DNA from: Leucoraja ocellata
Taxonomy: Eukaryota
DNA length: 64,000 nt
Reading direction: 5' to 3'
NCBI GenBank assembly: GCA_036785375.1
Contig: JAWMAR010000388.1
Span: 1,488,001 to 1,552,000 of the forward strand
The number at the start of each line of letters is the position of its first letter. Within the stretch, counting starts at the first letter, position 1. The notes under the pieces are model-generated. The model was given only the letters and a program-made list of their open reading frames with translations, was not told the DNA's origin and searched no databases. Of this stretch, positions 61,275 through 64,000 are shown piece by piece. The position numbers were made by a program, and so were the translations under genes.

Positions 61275-63065
61275 GGAAGATAGACACAAAATGCTGGAGT
61301 AATTCAGTGGGACAGGCAGAATCTCTTGAGAGAAGGAATGGGTGACGTTTCGGGCTTCTTCAGACTGATGTCAGGGGAGTGGGCGTTAAAATGTAGTTGG
61401 AGCCAGCAAGACCGGTGGGAGAACTGGGAAGGGGAAGGGAATGGCCAGAGAGGAAAAGCAAGAGCTGCTTGATGTTAGAGAAGTCAATGTTCATACCGCT
61501 GGGGTGTAAGCTGTCCAAGCATCATATGTTCCTCCAATTTGCACTGGGCCTCACTCTGACAATGGAGGAGGCCCAGGACAGAAAGGTCAGTGTGGGAATG
61601 GAGGGTGAGTTAAAGTGTTGATCAACCGGGAGATCAAGTAAGTTTAAGTGGACTGAGCAGAGGTGTTCTTCAAAATGATCGCCGAACCTACGCTTGGTCT
61701 CGCCGATATACAAGAATCCACACCTGGAACAGCGGATACAGTAGATGAGGTTGAAGGAGGTGAGTGAAACTCTGCCTCACCTGACAAAACTGCTGGGGTC
61801 CTTGGATGGAGTTGATGGGGAGGTATAGGGACAGGTGTTGCAGGGAAAAGTACCTGGATGGGAAGGGAGGAGTTGGCAAAGGATTTGCGATGGGAGCTGT
61901 CTCTGCGGAAAGCAGAAAGGGGTAGAGATGGGAAGATGTGGCTAGTAGTAGGATCCTGTTGGAGATGGCGAAAATGTTGGAGGATTATGTGCTATATGCG
62001 GCAGCTGATGGGGTGGAAGCCGAGGACAAGGAGGAATCTGTCCTTGTTACGAATGGGGGAAGGGAGAGCAAGAACGGAGCTGCAGGATGTTGACAAGATC
62101 CTAGTGAGAGCCTCATCTATAATGGAAGAGGGGATCCCCATTCCCTGAAGAATGAGGACATCTCGGATGACCTGGTATGGAACACTTCATCATGGGCGCA
62201 GATGCGGCGTAGGAGGAGGAATTGGGAGTAGGCAGAGAGTCTTGACAGGAAACACGCTGGGAAGAATCTGGATAGCAATGAGAGTCAGTGGGTTTGTCAT
62301 AGATGTCAGTCGATAGCCTGTCTCCTGTGATGGTGACGGTCAGATCTGGAAACGACATGGAGATGTCGGGGATGGTCCAAGTGAATTTCAGTGCAGGATG
62401 TAAATTTGGTTGTGACGTTAATGGTCAGTGAGTGCTGCATTGGTGCATGAGGTGGCACCGATGCAGGCGTTCATGTAGCACAGGTAGAGTTTTAAAATTT
62501 AAATGACGAAGGTGACTTGAGAGCTGGGGGCTGGGGAGTAAAATATGGGCACAAGAATGAGGAAGAGAGCGTGTGCAGGGTGCTATGATTCTAAATTGGA
62601 GAAATCGGTGTTTATACTGTTCCATTGAAAGATATCCAAGCGGATCATCATCGGGTGCTGCTCTCCACTGTGTGTGAGGCCAAGATTGACAATGGAAGAT
62701 GCTCGGTGTGGGAATGGGAAACAGAGCTTAACTGACTGTGAACTTTACAGAGAGAGCATAATGGTCATCAAAACGGTTGCCTGGTGTACTCTTGGTCTCA
62801 CCAATGTACACGAATGAGCATCACGGGAAACAAATGCTGCACACGTGATCTGCAGAGGTGGATATGAATCTCAGTCTGAACTGGGATGACGGCCTGTGTG
62901 GCTGGTGGAAGTGAAACAGGAGCTGTCGGGCCAGGCGTTACATTCCATGCGGATGTAGGCGAAATGCTTGGGAATGGAGCGGTTTCGGTGGGGAGAGATG
63001 AGCAGACCAAGCAACTGCGAACAATGTGGTCGCTCTGGAAAACGGAAGGGGCGGAAACGGAAAGA
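61275..63065 (-). mobile_element. Decayed Penelope-like elements (RT C-terminus, GIY-YIG, terminal repeat)
   Basis: YIGETKRRFGDHFEEHL (ORF 61522..61713); DLTVTITGDRLSTDIYDKPTDSH (ORF 62113..62358). Confidence 0.8.
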
Positions 63066-63074
63066 TAGAGACAG

Positions 63075-63700
63075 AGAAACATAGAGTGATACAGTGTGGA
63101 AACAGGCCCTTCGGCCCAACTTGACCACACTGACCAACAATGTCCCAGCTACACTTGTCCCACTTGCCACAGAAGGTAGTTGAGGCCAGTTCATTGGCTA
63201 GATTTAAGAGGGAGTTAGATGTGGCCCTTGTGGCTAAAGGGATCAGGGGATATGGAGAGAAGGCAGGTATGGGATATTGATTTGGATGATCAGCCTTGAT
63301 CATATTGAATGGTGGTGCAGGCTCGAAGGGCCGAATGGCCTACTCCTGCACCTATTTTCTATGTTTCTATGTTTGCTGCGTTTGGTCCATAACCCTCCAA
63401 ACCTGTGCTATCCATGTACCTGTCCAACTGTTTCTTAAACGATGGGATAGTCCCAGCCTCATCTACCTCCTCTGGCAGCTCGTTCCATACACCCATCACC
63501 CTCTGTGTAATCTTTCACAACCATCTTCACTTTCTGCAAAACCACCCACTTTTGTATCATCAGCAAACTTGCTAATCTTGCCCTGTATGTTCTCATCCAA
63601 ATCATTTATGTAGATGACAAACAGTAACGGGCCCAGCACCCAACCCTGAGGCACACCACTAGTCACAGACCTCCAGTCCGAGAAGCAACCTTCCACCATC
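63075..63700. mobile_element. Mosaic of short CR1 fragments in both orientations
   Basis: Plus-strand 3' end at ~63165-63372 with TTTCTATG tail; minus-strand GVPQG..KFADD at 63496..63747. Confidence 0.75.
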
Positions 63701-64000
63701 TCCCACTGTTTCAGTATTTCCTCGACGGTAACCCTGACTGCTGTCATGACACTTCCTGTGACTGGACGCGACTGGAGATGAGATCACGTTGAAGATATTG
63801 GAAATGTCGGAGAATTATATATTATATGTGCAGGCTGGTGTGGTGAAAAGCGAGGTCCAGAGGAACATTATCCTTGTTCCGTCTGAGGAAGGGCGAGCGA
63901 GAGCAGAACTGCGAGACACAGGGAAGATATGGATGGAGGTGTAATCCACCACTTCCAGAAGTGGCGGTGCTGTGAAACGGCTGCGGCTCGCCTGCAGTCT

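Overview
Eukaryotic, repeat-rich vertebrate DNA, almost certainly from a cartilaginous fish (skate/ray/shark; inferred from the clustered IgH organisation, CR1/Penelope/Rex1 content and V-SINE-type elements). The one host gene is a complete immunoglobulin mu heavy-chain cluster on the minus strand (~25.9-39.5 kb): leader, VH, one JH, CH1-CH4 with secretory tail, TM1 and TM2. All exons are open and splice sites are canonical. The VH is pre-joined in the germline to D sequence: CAR+21 nt runs straight into a 12-RSS, there is no V 23-RSS and there are no free D segments, so one VD-to-J event completes the gene. The VH also has Leu in place of the invariant Trp41. Downstream lie a ~0.9 kb foldback palindrome and a ~15 kb degenerate 10-bp (TAAACCCCTC/G) satellite that switches strand. 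The satellite hosts a very young, RT-deleted Ty1/Copia element with a half-tRNA-Met PBS. The rest is nested CR1, Rex1/Babar and Penelope-like fragments (with hammerhead-like motifs), SINEs, a TTAA MITE and a modular GC-rich non-autonomous retroposon family. All coordinates were read by eye; TE boundaries are approximate unless a TSD or LTR edge is given.
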